From the human T2T-CHM13v2.0 reference genome, Homo sapiens, in NCBI RefSeq assembly GCF_009914755.1, contig NC_060926.1: a stretch of 64,000 nt of DNA; one strand, given 5' to 3'. The notes below the pieces were generated by a model that ran no database searches, was not told the origin of the DNA, and saw nothing but the letters and a program-made list of their open reading frames with translations. This document shows positions 42,111 through 57,514 of the stretch, one piece after another (the first letter of the stretch is position 1; each line of letters begins with the position of its first letter). The translations under genes and the position numbers were made by a program.

Positions 42111-45100
42111 AGTGTTATTATCAAGGACATTTAAATAAATAATTAAAGTCTAAATTAATTCTCACTTAAAAGGAACTTGCAGATGATTGTTTTAAAAGAA
42201 AAAAGCTAAGACCAAAGAGAAGCAGGTAAACGATCAGTTACAGGCATGACTTGTTTTACTGCACTTTGCCTTACCGTGCTTTGCAGATACTGAGATTTTT
42301 CCAACTAGAAGGTTTGTGGCAACCCTGCATCGTGCCAGCCTCTTGGCACCATTTTTCCAATAGCACGTGCTGAGACTTCATGTCTCTCTGGCGTATTTTG
42401 GTAATTCTCAACAATATTTCAAACTTTTTCAATATTATTTTACCTGTTATAGTGATCTGTGATCAGCGATCTTTGATATTACTACTGTAATCGTTTGGGG
42501 GCACCACAAACTGTGCCCACATAAGAACTTAATTGATAAATGTTAGGTGTGTTCTGACTGCTCCACTGACCGGCAGTCTCTGTCTTCCTCTGTCTCTCTC
42601 CCTCTCCTGAGGCTTCCCCATTCCGGAGAGACAACAATTATTGAAATTAGGCCAATTAATTAACCTACAATGGCCTCTAAGTGTTCAAGTGAAAGGAAAA
42701 GTTGTATGTCTCTCACGTTAAATCAAAAACTAAAAATGATTAAGCTTAGTGACGATGGTATGTCAAAAGCCAAGACAGGCTGAAAGCTAAGCCTCTTGCA
42801 CCAGTTAGTCATGCCGTAAATACAAAGAAAAGGTTATGGAAGGAAACTGACAGTGCTACTCCACTGAACACACAAATGGTAAGAAAGCAAAACAGCATTG
42901 CTGCTAATACAGAGAAAGTTTAATTGTCTGGACAGAAGCTCAAACCAGCCAAACATTCCTTAAGCCAAAGCCTAGTCCAGATCAAGACCCTAACTCTCTT
43001 CAATTCTAGTAGGGTGGAGAGAGATGAAGCTGGAGAAGAAAATTTTGAAGCTAGCAGACACTGGCTCATGATGTTTAAGGAAAGAAGCCATCTCCAGAAA
43101 TAAAAATCCAAGGTGAAGCAGCAAGTGCTGAGGTTATCTAGATGCTGCAGCAAGTTACCCAGAAGATCTAACTAAGATCACTGATGAAGGCGGCTACACT
43201 AAGCAAAAGATTTTCAGTGTAGATCTAATAGCCTACTACTGGAAGAAGATGCCATAGAGAACTTTCATAGCTAGAGAGGAGAAGTCAACACCTGATTTCA
43301 AAGCTTCAAAGGACAGGCTAATGCAGCTGGTGACTTTAAGTTGAAGCCAATGTTCATTTACCATTCCAAAAATGCTGGAGTCCTTAAGAATTACGCTAAA
43401 TCGATTCTGCCTGTACTCTGTTAATGGAAAAACAAAGTCTGAACCACAGCAGCTCTGCAGCATTGTTTACTGAATATTATAAGCCCCTTGTCGAGATCCA
43501 TTGCTCAGAAAAAAAAGATTCCTTTCAAAATATTCCTGCATATTGACAATGTACCTGATTATCCAAGAGCTCTGACAGAGGTGGACAAGGAGATTAATGT
43601 TGTTTCCACACCTGCTAACACAATACCCATTATGCAGCCTGCAGATCAGGGAGCAATTCTGACTTTCAAGTCTTGTTATTTAAGAAATACATTTCGTAGG
43701 GCTATAGCTGCCATAGATAGTGATTCCTCTGACGGATCTAGGCAAACTAAATAGAAAACTTTCTGGAAAGGATTCACCATTCTAGATGCCACTAAATACA
43801 TCTGTGATTCATGGAAGGAGGTCAAAATATAAACATTAGCAGCAGTTTGGAAGAGGTTGATTCCAACCCTCATGGATGACATTGAGGGGTTCAAGACTTC
43901 AGTGGAGGAAATAACTCCAGATGTGGTGGAAAATAGCAAGAAAACTAGAAGTGAAGCCTAAAGATGTGACTGATTACTGCAATCTCATGATAAAACTTCT
44001 CAACAGATGAGTAATTGCTTCTTATGGATGAGCAAAGAAAGTGATTCCTTCAGATGGAGTCTACTCCTGGTAAAGATACTGTGAACACTGTTGAAATAAC
44101 AACAACAAAAAATTTTTTTTCCAACTTCTATTTTATACTCAGGGGATACATATGCAGTACCTAGGTATATTCCATAATGATGAGGTTTAGGGTATGAATG
44201 ATCCCCTCACCCAGGTACTGAGCATAGTACCCAACAGTTAGTTTTTCAACTGTTGCTCCCCTCCTTATCTCCCACCTCTAGTAGTCCCCAGTGACCACTG
44301 CTGCCATCTTTATGTCCATGAGTACCCAAATGTTTAGCTCCCACTTATAAGTGAGACCATGCAATATTTGGTTTTCTGCTGCTATGTTAATTTGCATAGG
44401 ATAATGGCCTCCAGCTCCATCCATGTTGCTGCAAAGGGCATGATTTCCTTCTTTTTACAGCTGTGTGGTATTCCATGGTGTATATGTACCACATTTTCTT
44501 CATCCAGTCCAGCACTGATGAGCATCTAGGTTGATTCCATGTCTTTGCTATTGTGAACAGTGCTGCGATTAACAGGGAAATGCATGTGTCTTTTTGGTAG
44601 AATAATTTGTTTTCCTTGGGGTATATACCCAGTAATGGGATTGCTGGGTCAAACGGTAGTTGTTTCAAGTTCTTTAAGAAATCTGCAAACTGCTTTCCAC
44701 AATGGCCGAACTAACTTACTTTCCCAACGTTGTATGAAGCATTCCCTTTTCTCCATAGCCTTGCCAATATCCGTTGTGTTTTGACTTTTTAATAATAACC
44801 ATTCTGACTGGTATGAGATGGTATCTCATTGTGGTTTTGATTTGCATTTCTCTGATTAGTAATGTGCAGTAATTTTTTCATGTTTGTTGAACACTTGTAT
44901 GTCTTCTTTTGAAAAGTGTCTTTTCATGCCTTTTGCCCATTTTTAATGGGATTATTTGCTTTTTGCCTGTCCAACTGTTTAAGTTCCTTATAGATGCTGG
45001 ATATTAAACCTTTGTCAAATCCACAGTTAGCAAATATTTTCTCCCATTCTGTAGGTGGTCTGTTTACTCTTGACAGTTTCTTTTGCTGTGCAGAAGCTTT

Positions 45101-45945
45101 TTGGTTCTAATTAGGTTCCACTTGTCAATTTTTGTTTTTGTTGCAATTGCTTTTGAGGACTTAGTCATAAATCCTTTCCCAAGGTCAATGCCCAGATAAA
45201 ATGATGTTCCTTGCTTTTTTTTTTTTCAGGGTTCTTACAGTTTGAGGTCTTACATTTAAATCTCTAATCCATCTTGAGTTAATTTTTGTACATGGTGAAA
45301 GGTAGGGGTCCAGTTTCATTCTTCTGCATATGGCTAGCCAATTATACCAGCACCATTTATTGACTAGGGAGTCCTTTCCCCACTCTTTATTTTTGTCAAT
45401 TTTGTTGACAATTAGATGGCTGTAGGTGTGTGGCTTTATTTTGCAGTCTTCTATTCTGTTCCATTGGTTTGTGTCTGTTTTGTACCAGTATCATGCTGTT
45501 TTGGTTACTGCATCCTTATAGTATAGTTTTAAGTCATGTAGTATGATGCCTCCAGCTTTGTTCATTTTGCTTAAGATTGCTTTGGCTATTTGGGCTCTTT
45601 TTTGGTTCCATATGAATTTTAGTATAGTTTTTTCCAATTCTGTAAAAAATGACATTGGCAGTTTGATAGAAATTGCTTTGGGCAGTATGGCCATTTTAGT
45701 GGCATTGACTCTTCCAATCCATAAGCTGAGAGGTTTTTCCATTTGTTGTGTCATCTATGATTTCTTTTAGCAGTGTTTTGAAGCTCTCCTTGTAAAGATC
45801 TTTCGCCTCCCTAGTTAGATGTATTCCTAGGTATTTTTTTTTCTGTGTGGCTATTGCAAATGAGATTACATTCTTGATTTGGCTCTCAGCTTGAACATTA
45901 TTACTATACAGAAATGCTGCTGATTTCTATACATCGATCTTGTAG

Positions 45946-46499
<554 letters not shown>

Positions 46500-46965
46500 A
46501 AATGCTTCCAGTTTTTGCCCATTCAGTATGATATTGGCTGTGGGCTTATCATTGATGGCTCTTGGTATTTTGAGGTATGTTCCTTTGATGCCTACTTTCC
46601 TAAGAGTTTTTTTTATCATGACAGGATGTTGGATTTTATTGAAAGCTTTTCTCACATCTATTGAGATGATCATATAGTTTTCATTTTTAATTCTATTTAT
46701 GTGGTGAACCATTGATTTGTATATGTTGAACCATCCTTGCATCTGAGGAATAAAGCCTACTTCATCATGGTGAATTAACTTTTTGATGTGCTGTTGAGTT
46801 TGGCTTGCTATGGTATTTTTGCATCTATGTTCGTCAGGGATATTGGCCTGTAGTTTTCTTTCTTTGTTGTGTCTGCCAGGTTTTGGTATCAGAGTGATGC
46901 TGGCTTCACAGAATGAGTTAATAAGGGGTCCCTTCTCCTCAATTTTTTTGTAATACTTTCAGTAG

Positions 46966-47277
<312 letters not shown>

Positions 47278-50200
47278 ACTAGCTCTTCTTAGCACATCTA
47301 ATAGAAATCAGCTGTGAATCTATCTGGTCAAGGGCTTTTTTTGTGGTTGGTAGGTTTTTCATTACAGGTTCGATTTTAGAACTCAATATTGGTCTGTTTG
47401 GTGTTTCAATTTCTTCCTGATTCAATCTTAAGAGACTGTGTATTTCCAGGAATTTATCCATTTCCTCTAGATTTTCTAGTTTGTGTGCACAGAGATGTTT
47501 ATAATAGTCTCTGAGGATCTTTTTGTATTTCTGTGGGATCAGTTGTAATGTCACCTTTGTCAATTCTGATTGTGCTTATTTGGATTTTCTCTCTTTGTTA
47601 ATCTAGCTAGCAATCTATTGGTCCTCTTTATCCTTTTAAAGAACAAACTTTTGGTTTTATTGAGTCTTTGGTTGGATTTTTGGGTCTCAATTTCATTCAG
47701 TTCAGCTCTAATTTTAGTTATTTCTTTTCTTCTGCTAGCTTTGAGGTTAGTTTGTTCTCGTTTTTCTAGTTCCTCTAGGTGTGATGTTAGATCATTAATT
47801 TGAGATCTAACTTTTTGAGGTGGGTGTTTAACACTGTATACTTTCCTCTTAACACGCTTTTGCTGCATCCCAGAGATTTTGGTATATTGTGTCTCTGTTT
47901 TCATTTATTTCAAAGAATTTTTATGCTTCTGCTTTGATTTCATTGTTTATCCGAAGCAATTCAGGAGCAAATTGTTTAATTTCCATGTAATTGTGTGGTT
48001 TTGAGAGATCTTCTTGGTATTGATTTCCATTTTTATTCAATTGTGGTCCAAGAGTATAGATAGTATGATTTCAGTTTTTCTGAATGTATTGAGACTTGCT
48101 TTATGCCTGAGCATGTGGTTGATCTTGAAGTACATTCCATGTGCAGATGAGAAAAATGTATATTCTGTGGCTGATGGGTGGAGTATTCTGTAGATGTTTA
48201 TTAGGTCCACCTAGTCAAGTGATGACTATAAGTACAGAATTAATTTATTAGTTTTCTGCCTCATTGATCTGTCTAATGCTGTCAGTGGGAGTTAAAGTTC
48301 CCCACTATTAATGTGTGGCTAAGTCTTTTCATAGGTCTAGAAGTACCTGTCTTATCAATCTAAGTGCTCCAATGTTGCACATGTACACACTAGGATAGTT
48401 AAATCTTCTTGAGTTGAACCCTTGAGAGGGAGGATTTTATGTAATTTTATCCAGGTAGAATTGTATGTAATTTTATGATTTTATGCATGTAGGTTTCATT
48501 ATGTAACGCCCTTTTTTTTTTTTTTTTACTGTTGCCGGTTTTATCATATATAAGAATAGCAAGCAACCTCTGCTTTTGTTTTTTCCATTTGCATGGTAGA
48601 TCTTTCTCCAACCCTTTACTTTGAGCCTGTGGATGTCATTATGTGTGAGATGGGGCTCTTGAAAACCGCAGAAGAATGGGTCTTTTGTTTTTATTCCACT
48701 TGCCACTCTGCCTTTTAAGTGGAGCATGTAGGTCATTTATATTCAAAGTTAATATTGATATGTGAGGTTTTCATTCTATCATGACATTGTTACCTGGTTG
48801 CTTTGTAGTTTCTAATGTGTGGCTGCTTTACAGGGTCTGTGGGCTATATATTTATGTTGTTTTTTGTGGTAGCAGGTATTGTTCTTTGTTTCTGTGTTAG
48901 AACTCCCTTAAGGATCTAAGGCTGGTCTGATGGTAACAAATTCCCTTAGTGCTTGCTTGTCTAGAAAAGAGTCTAGTTCTCCTTCACTTAAGAAGTTTAG
49001 TTTGGTGGGTTATGAAATTCTTGGTTGGAATTTCTTTAAGAATGCTGAAAATAGCTCTCCAATCTGTCCTGGCTTGTAAGGTTAGCCTGATGGGGTTCCC
49101 TTTGTATATAACTTGCCCTTTTTCTTGAGCTGCCTTTAAGATTTTTTTCTTTAGCATTGACCTTGGACAGTCTGGTGACTATATGCCTTGCTGATAATCA
49201 TTTTGTATACTATCTTGCAGATGTTTTCTGGATTTCTTATATATGGATGGCTACTTCTAGCAGGATTAGGGAAGCTTTCCTGAATAATTCCCTCAAATAC
49301 ATTTTCCAGGTTGTTTGCTTTTTCTCCTTCTCTCTCAGGAATGCTAATAATTTGTACATTTGGTTGCTTTACATAATCCCATATTTCCTGAAGATTTTGT
49401 TCATTTATTAAAATTCTTTTTTATTTTTGTCTGATTGGGTTAGTTCCAAAGACTCGTCTTCAAGCTCTGAAATTCTTTTGGTCCAGTCTACTGATAAAGC
49501 TTTCAATTGTATTTTAAAATTCCTTGAGTGAGTTTTTCAATTCCAAAAGCTCTGACTGATTTCTTTTACAGATGTTTATCTCTTCCTTCATTTCCTGGAT
49601 TGCCTTAGAAGTTTCTTTGTGTTGATTTTCAACTTTGTCTTGGATCTCACTGAGCTTCCTTACAATCCATGATTTGATTCTTTATCTGTCATTTCTGAGT
49701 TTCCATTCTGGTTAGGGTCCATTGCTGGAGATCTAGTGCAATCATTTGGCAGTGTCACTACATGATGCCAAAATTCTTGCACTGGTTCTAGAGATGCTGG
49801 CACTTCTAATTTTTTAATTATTTTCATGCAGGTAAGATTTTTTTCTTTTTCTTTCCTTCCCTATAATGTTATTTCTTCTTTCCTTTTTCCTTTTTCTCCC
49901 TTCTTAATGAGTGTGACTGTAGAGAATGCTAGGTAGGGCTTTTGGGCTTTGCTTCTATAGCCCTATACACTTCTTTTGGCAGGTTTTATATCAGGCTGTG
50001 GAGTTCAACCTACAAGCCCACAGATGGTGCTTATAGGTGAAAGCCAGCTGCAGCCAACATAGCTGCGTATATACTTGATCCTTGTTTACTGGCAGAAGCT
50101 CTCTATTGCCTCAGGCAATAAGCTGGTTTGTGGAGTATATAGTGGTCTGAGCTCCCTGCTCAGCCCTGGGGGGCAGGGGCCACAAAGAGCAGGGCCAAAC

Positions 50201-52191
50201 AGAGCAGGTTGGCCTACAGATCCCCCAGTGGCAGGCACAGACACTAGCGCCAAGGGAGAATCCAGAGGGCAGCCACCGAGAATGCAGGATTGTGCCTAGG
50301 CATGCAGCTGGGAAACCATCTGGGCTCCATGTTCTCTACACAGGAATGGGAGATGGCTTAAACTTCTAATCTAGAAGAGTTGCCATTCCAGATGCTTGGA
50401 AATCTGCCTGGGCATGGAACAGACAGGATACCCTTGAACCACAGTCTATGTCCAGGAAGACTGGGGTGGCTCAGGCTGCTGAACCAGACAAGCAGATGCT
50501 CTGAATGCCTGTAGATTTGCCTGGGTGTGGAGCAGAGAGAGCCTCACTTCACCATGATCTGTGTCCAGGAGGGGTGGGGTGGCTCAGTCTGCTGGTCCAG
50601 GCAAACAGGTGCTCCAAATGTCTGGATTTCTGCCTGGGAGTGGAGCAGAGGCGGCCCTGTCATACCACAGTATCAGTAGAGCAGAGTGGGGCACCCAACA
50701 ATGACACAGGTGGATCAGTTCCAGGTCGCCAAGCTGGCCTTGGCTGCAAGTGTTGCTGCCCAGGAGAAAGTGCAACTTAGCAGCTCTCCTCCTGCCCCAG
50801 GCTTGCAATGGAGGAAAGCACAATTCTAGCCCTACAGCTGAGGTGCTTTCCACAATTCTGGCTATGGAGGCCCCTACCCCACTCCAGAGCAGGTGCTCTA
50901 ATCTCTGGCCTAAGACTGAAATGCCTACACTGCCATGCTGCTGAGTCACCAAGGAATGGCTGGCTTCATACGTGCCTGGATTAAAAATGGTGTCCTGTTC
51001 TCCATCCCAGGTCTGGGAGAATGTCTGCAGCTTTTCACGATGTCTGTCCTTCACAGCGTCTCCAACCCTCTCCCCAAGTTGGCTCCAGGGCTTGGGAGAA
51101 ATAAAGTGCTCTCCCTCAGACTGGGTTGCTCAGATCCCCAGTGGAAAGGTGAGTCATAGAGAAGGTCTCCCTGCCTCTCTCACATACTGGGGCTTCACTC
51201 ACTTTTATCAACTGGATGCTATCACGGGGGCTGTTTGCCAGCATTCTCTTCAGGATCTGGGGTGTCCTTCACAATTCTGGTGAATTCCTGTTTTCCTTCT
51301 TGAATTAAAGCTCAGAGAGTTGATCTTTATGTACTATCGTGCTATTTCCAAGTGGCTGAGGAACACTGAAAGTCTCTAATCAGCCATCTTGGACTGTAAT
51401 TTTAATTCAGAATTTAGAATATTACATAAACTTAGTTGATAAAGCAGCAGCAGGGTTTGACTCCAATTTTGAAAGTTCTACTGTGGGTAAAAGGCTGTCA
51501 AACAGCATCACATGCTACAGAGAAATCTTTTGTGAAAAGAAGAGTCAATCACTATGGTAAACTTCATTGTTGCCTTATTTTTAGAATTTGCCACAGCAAC
51601 CCAAACCTTCAGCAGACAACACTCTGATAAGTGAGCAGCCATCAACATCAAAGCAAGACACTCTACCAACAAAGAGATTACAACCCACTGAAGGCCCAGA
51701 TGATCCTTAGTATTTTTTTACCAATAAAAAATTTTTCAATTAAGGTATGTACATTGTTTTTTTAGACATAATTATATTGCATACTTAATAGACCAGAATA
51801 TAGGGTAAATATAACTTTTAAATGCACTGGGAAACCAAAAAAATTTGTGTGACTTGCTTTATTACAATATTCACTGTATTATGGGGGTCTAGAATCAAAT
51901 CTGTAACATCTCTGAGGCATGCCTGTATATTTACAGAGTACTAACATGTTTTCCAAAAGGGAAGTTGTCAAAATCAATAGCAGATACGATTGCCTTTGAG
52001 CCTACAAAAGAAAGTACTGAAATGCAAATCAAAAGAATATATCCCTATTAGTTAATTCCAGTTAGCAAAGAGTTATCTTACACATGGTACAGAGGCATAA
52101 ACAATCCGTCTTTCCAAAGAAAGAATACAGAAAGCTTTCTCCTTTAAGAAAAAAATAGAGAACTCATTTGAAAAATAAAAATAAAAATCCT

Positions 52192-52480
52192 GGCTGGGCA
52201 CAGTGGCTCATACCTGTAATCCCAACACTTTGGGAAGTCGAGCTGGGCAGACTGCTTGAGTCTGGGAGTTCAACACCAGTTTGGACAACATAGCAAAACT
52301 CCACCTCTACAAAAAATTAGCCGGGTGTGGTGGCACACACCTGTAATCCCAGCTGCCCAGGAGGCTGAGGTGGGAGGATCAATCACCTGAGCCCAGGAGG
52401 TTGAGACTGCAGTGAGCTGTGATCATGTCACTGCACTCCAGCATGGGCAACAAAGTGAGACCTTGTCTTAAAAAATTGAA
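52192..52480 (+). mobile_element. AluJ
   Basis: ggctgggcacagtggctc...; flanked by aaaaataa(a/g)aaatcct. Confidence 0.9.
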
Positions 52481-52809
52481 AAAATAAGAAATCCTGGTTA
52501 TCACATATAATTTGAAGTACTTCAGACTACCTGACATTAACAATGTCGGGTTACTTGTGACATTGTGTTATAAGGCATCCAAGAAGACTTCACAGCAAGA
52601 GAACACTTCCTCAGTAAAAGATTTCTAGGTAAAGAGATGCCTCCTCATCTTTGGCAGTACCTCCATGTTACACAACTGTAGGAGATACTGTTTATATTTT
52701 TATCTTCTACTCTGTCTCCATAGACCACAGAGTGAATGGTGTCCCCTGGAGTTGGCCAATATGAACTACAAGCCCTTCCCAATGCATTATGAAAATATGC
52801 TACACAAAT

Positions 52810-53020
52810 ATATACTGAATATCAAAGTTATTTGTGGATGAAATGTATAGACTGGGATATACTTTAAAATACTCTACAAAAATAAGTTGGAGAAAGGATA
52901 AAACAAGAATGGTGGAATTTTAATAATCTGAAGCTGAGTGATGGGCATATGAGGGCTCACTATATTGTTCTTTGTACCTTTGTGTTTGAAAAGCGCCATA
53001 ATCAAAAGTTTGAAAAATAT
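52810..53020 (+). mobile_element. L1M 3'UTR fragment
   Basis: gaagctgagtgatgggcatatgagggctcactatatt..ccataatcaaaagttt. Confidence 0.6.
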
Positions 53021-54269
53021 ACACTACTCCATGGCATGATTTATGAAAAGTTTAAATAGTATCACCTGAGAAACCTTAAAAAACTGTGATGATATAAATG
53101 TGATGTCAATGAAGCAAAAAAGACCAGACTTGGGTCTTATTTAAGAGGTCATATTTAAATCTCAATACTAACCACTATCTACCAGGGCAGTACCTAGCAC
53201 AGGTAATATGGTAGAGACTGAATAAATTATCCCTAATTAATTTTTCATGAGTTTCTAGGAAACACTTGCAATTGCCACAGGCAAAAATTAGATTAAGAAA
53301 TATCAGTGTATTCCAATCCTCATAACTATCAAAAACAACATCCTAGAACAAACACAGAAGCTCATCAAAGTCCCAGAGATTCTACACCCCACAGACCAAG
53401 TGAGTGCATTTTCAACCTCTCAGGGAATTCTGATATCAAACAACAATCTGCAGAAGAGCAAGCCTAGAAGTCCTTCACTGTGAATGGCGAACACTACAGC
53501 AGATGAGCATGCAGCACAAGTGCTCACGTAAGAAAGCAAGCTCAGGAAGAGACCACAAAGAGACTGCCGCTGAGAGTTTCTGCTGTTTTGCCAAGACAAT
53601 GTGCCCTTCTGATTTCTTCAGCATGCACAGCTAACATTTGTTTGTTACTTCCTGTAACAAACAGGAAGTACAGTATTTCTGTATTTAAGGCTCTCGGAGT
53701 ATCCCTGAGGATTGAGAAAGAGACCTAATGAAAGAAAACACCAACATCCATTTGAAAAGTCAGAAATAAAAGCTTTCCATCATAAATAATTCTTCCCCAG
53801 GAAGAACAGACAAATGAACAAACAAAAAGCCTCTTTTTGGTAATGGCAGAATCTAAAAAATGGCAATAAAGTTCTATCCATAGTCTTTATCAGGCTCTTA
53901 AAAGCTACTTGCCCAGAGAAAAAACAGGCAAACAAAAACACATTTAAATGGCTTTTCTGTCAGTATAAAAGATTTGCAAAATAGGTGTAAAGAACTACTC
54001 ATGACAGAATCAAATGCCTTTATATCCTCTTCATCTGTCTTTCCACAAATTATAAATAGTAAATTTTCCTCTAAGACTAAAGAGAGAGCAAGCCCATTTC
54101 CCATTCGTTATTTTTTGTTTCAAAAATAAAAATATGAAAGTTGGCCTGGAGAAAAAACTTTTTAAGTAAATATAAGAACAAAACCCTACATAATGTATCT
54201 TTCCACACACTCAATTCTCAAATACATCCAAATAGTCTTCATTTTAAAAGGATCAAAATAATTACTTAC

Positions 54270-54415
54270 CATCCAAAGCAAAAAAGTGCAAGATAAAGGC
54301 CCAAAAGGGTAGCAACTACATGTCTTATAAAAGAGCTAGTTTTGCTTGAATGTAGATAAGTTCGAAACCAAATGGCTGCTAGCAAGGCAAAGAGTTGGCA
54401 CACTACAAAGTTGAC
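54270..54415 (-). CDS. MBOAT2: MBOAT2 coding exon (likely exon 2), 146 nt, lysophospholipid acyltransferase N-terminal TM region
   Basis: Minus strand reads ttttctttacag|GTC AAC TTT...TTT GGA TG|gtaagt and translates VNFVVCQLFALLAAIWFRTYLHSSKTSSFIRHVVATLLGLYLALFCFGW, recognised as MBOAT2. Phase 0 in, phase 2 out. Confidence 0.96.
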
Positions 54416-55019
54416 CTGTAAAGAAAAATTAAAATTTTGTATTAGCAACACAGACCTGAATTTTTCATATCATGTTACATTGAAATTCTCAGGACAAAAA
54501 CACCAAGGTTACACAAAAATTGACCTTCCAAGTTAACAAAACAAAAACAAAAATTGAGGGAAATCCCAAGGATGAGCCTCAAGTTCCAAGTGATGGGCCA
54601 ATGCCCACCAATACTGTCTCTGCTAGACCTGGCAGGAGACAGGTGTGGCCACGTGGGGAGAGGTGTAGAAGGACACCTGGAAAAATCTGATTGACACTGG
54701 TCTGCAGACACAGAAACAAAAAGCCCAGGGCACCTATCGGTTAAAGGGAAGAGAAACGTGTTTTAATGACTGAGGGAACCCTGTAACCCGTGAAAAAGAG
54801 GAGCACTAAATTTCTTCGCAAAAGCTCTGGGAGGGGTCAATGTCCCCAAGTTCCCTGAGACTATAAGGGCACCAGGGCCTGGAGGATCTGGTGGGATGCA
54901 GGACAGTCTATGGCAATAGGAGTAAAGGGGAATCTACTGCGGCCTAAACATCACCACTGTAGCTGAGCTCTGAGGCATCTCAAGGATTGGCTCCCAAGGG
55001 GAAGGAATGAATTAGATAA

Positions 55020-55608
<589 letters not shown>

Positions 55609-56069
55609 TAAAGGAAAAAATCCATTGACATTAGGAACCTGCAAAAAAAATACATAACAAAACAATCAGTGTTTCAGGCACCTAAATTGTGAACAAATCA
55701 CACTATCTACATGTAGCTATTTCCATAGACCCATAGAAATATCTCTGCCTAAAGACACAGACAAGTATGTTCTCTTTCTCACATATCAAGGAGAAAAACA
55801 GTAGAACGTTGTTGTACACTGTCTAAGAAACAATTGTTCTTTAAAACAGACTCAATAAAAGCAAAATGTCTTTCCAAAAGGTTCTAATACTTCCTGCCTT
55901 CTAAAGGGTTCTAATGGCATTTTTTTTAATTAAGCAAAAAGTGAATAGAATGGAAAAATTTGTGTTCTTCATATTAACTACTCACATCTACATGGCTTCT
56001 TACAGTTTAAAACTTTGTTTCAAGTATCTCTTATTTCTTTCTTTTTCAGATAGCTCCTAATTTAATTAT

Positions 56070-56860
56070 TATAACAAAAATTTACTGAGCATCTACTATG
56101 GGCAAACATGGGAAATCTAAACATGCATGAGTCCCAGTCCTAGCTCAGGATGACTTTAGAACCTAATGGAAAACATAAACATATACAGAAGGAACGTCAA
56201 CCCAACATCAGAGTCTTTTTAATGGTTATATAGAACATCCTTCAAGACACCACAGAAGAGCACGCCTGAAGGGGTGCCTGCCACAAAGGATGTGAGGGGT
56301 AAGCAGGGCGGGCAGCATTTCCCAATCCCGCTGATCTCCACAACCATAGGAGGGGGCAGCTTCCCTTCCCCCATTCCATATCAGTCTATTCATACATTAC
56401 AAGACAAAGTATGATTCCTTCCAAGAAAGAGTATGTCAAGGACCACACACATACAGGATTTTACAGAATCTTTGAAATCATCTCTTTTCAACATTGTCAT
56501 CGTTCAGATAAAGAAAATGAGATCAGGCCTCACACTGGACACTGAATCAAAGTCTTTGGGGAGATAGGCCCAAAAATATGTATAAAAAATAAAATGGAAA
56601 CACAGGTTCTTATGATCCTCAAGGTGTGAGAAGCACTCTGTTGGACAATAAGGGAAAGGGCATTGTAAGGAAGAAAACAACATGAAGGAAGCACTTGGAC
56701 ATGAAAGCGCAAACGCACCGCGTGGCCAGGGATCATGGGAGATGAGGCTGGAAGCAGGGTGGTTCAGAAGTGAGGGCTTTGTATGCCACACCACGGCGTT
56801 TGAGCCCATAGTGATGACAAAACCATGGAAGATTTTTAAAACAAGGAAGTGATGAGATTG
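56070..56860 (-). mobile_element. L2 fragments
   Basis: aacaaaaatttactgagcatctactatgggcaaac; ggagatgaggctggaag..gggctttgtatgcca..ccatggaagatttt. Confidence 0.6.
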
Positions 56861-56914
56861 ACCCTCCACCTCTACATATCCAGAACTCTTGGATACCCAT
56901 GAGAAACTATGAAC

Positions 56915-57330
56915 CACTCAATAGAAAACTGGGCAAAAGGAATGAACAATTTACAAATATCAATGTCCAATAAAATCTGAAAAATATTCTCTCTCAACCA
57001 TAAGTAACGAAGTGTGAAATAAACCATCAGTGAGGCACTATCTTCCGCCTCTCAGTGCTGCTGGGGACATGAGAAAGCTGGTGCTCTACACTGTTAATCT
57101 GACTGTAACTTGGGGCAGCTCTTTAAAGAAAATTGGACAATGGCCACCAAAACTTAAAACATAATATCCTTTACCAAGAAACTGAACATTTACAACTTTA
57201 CCCCAGATAAAGTGCACAAAAGCACAAGAGGCTTAGGCACACATGAAGATCCACTACACACTGTCAGAGCACACATGCACAGGGCCATCCACAGGGGACT
57301 GTTACACAAATAGAGCATTTCACATCTACA
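56915..57330 (+). mobile_element. L1ME-like fragment
   Basis: caatagaaaactgggcaaaaggaatgaaca... Confidence 0.55.
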
Positions 57331-57514
57331 GAGAAGCAGCATTTCCATTTCCCATCAGTAGGGAAAAAAAAAAAGCTAGATATTTCCCATCAGTAGGAAA
57401 AACAAACCTAGATTATCCAATTAATGTAACTGGGGTAACTGGTTTTCCTTTTGGTAAAAACCAAGTTACACTCCTGTTTCATAAGCCACGTTGTTAATAT
57501 TAATCGTGTGCTTA

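Noticed and set aside
43488-43939. Transposase ORF as a domesticated TIGD-like gene
   Set aside because: Short fragments with stops and frameshifts, and the element is split by a 7-kb L1.
50505-51283. GC-rich ORFs or possible CpG-island promoter
   Set aside because: Decayed L1 5'UTR with CpGs largely lost.
55755-55845. Cluster of AGAAC/TGTTCT half-sites as a possible androgen response element (MBOAT2 is reported to be AR-regulated)
   Set aside because: No full RGNACAnnnTGTNCY match here; half-sites are common by chance, and I could not scan the window exhaustively.
56504-56917. 137-aa minus-strand ORF upstream of exon 2
   Set aside because: Overlaps an L2 remnant, has no MBOAT similarity and no clear splice connection.
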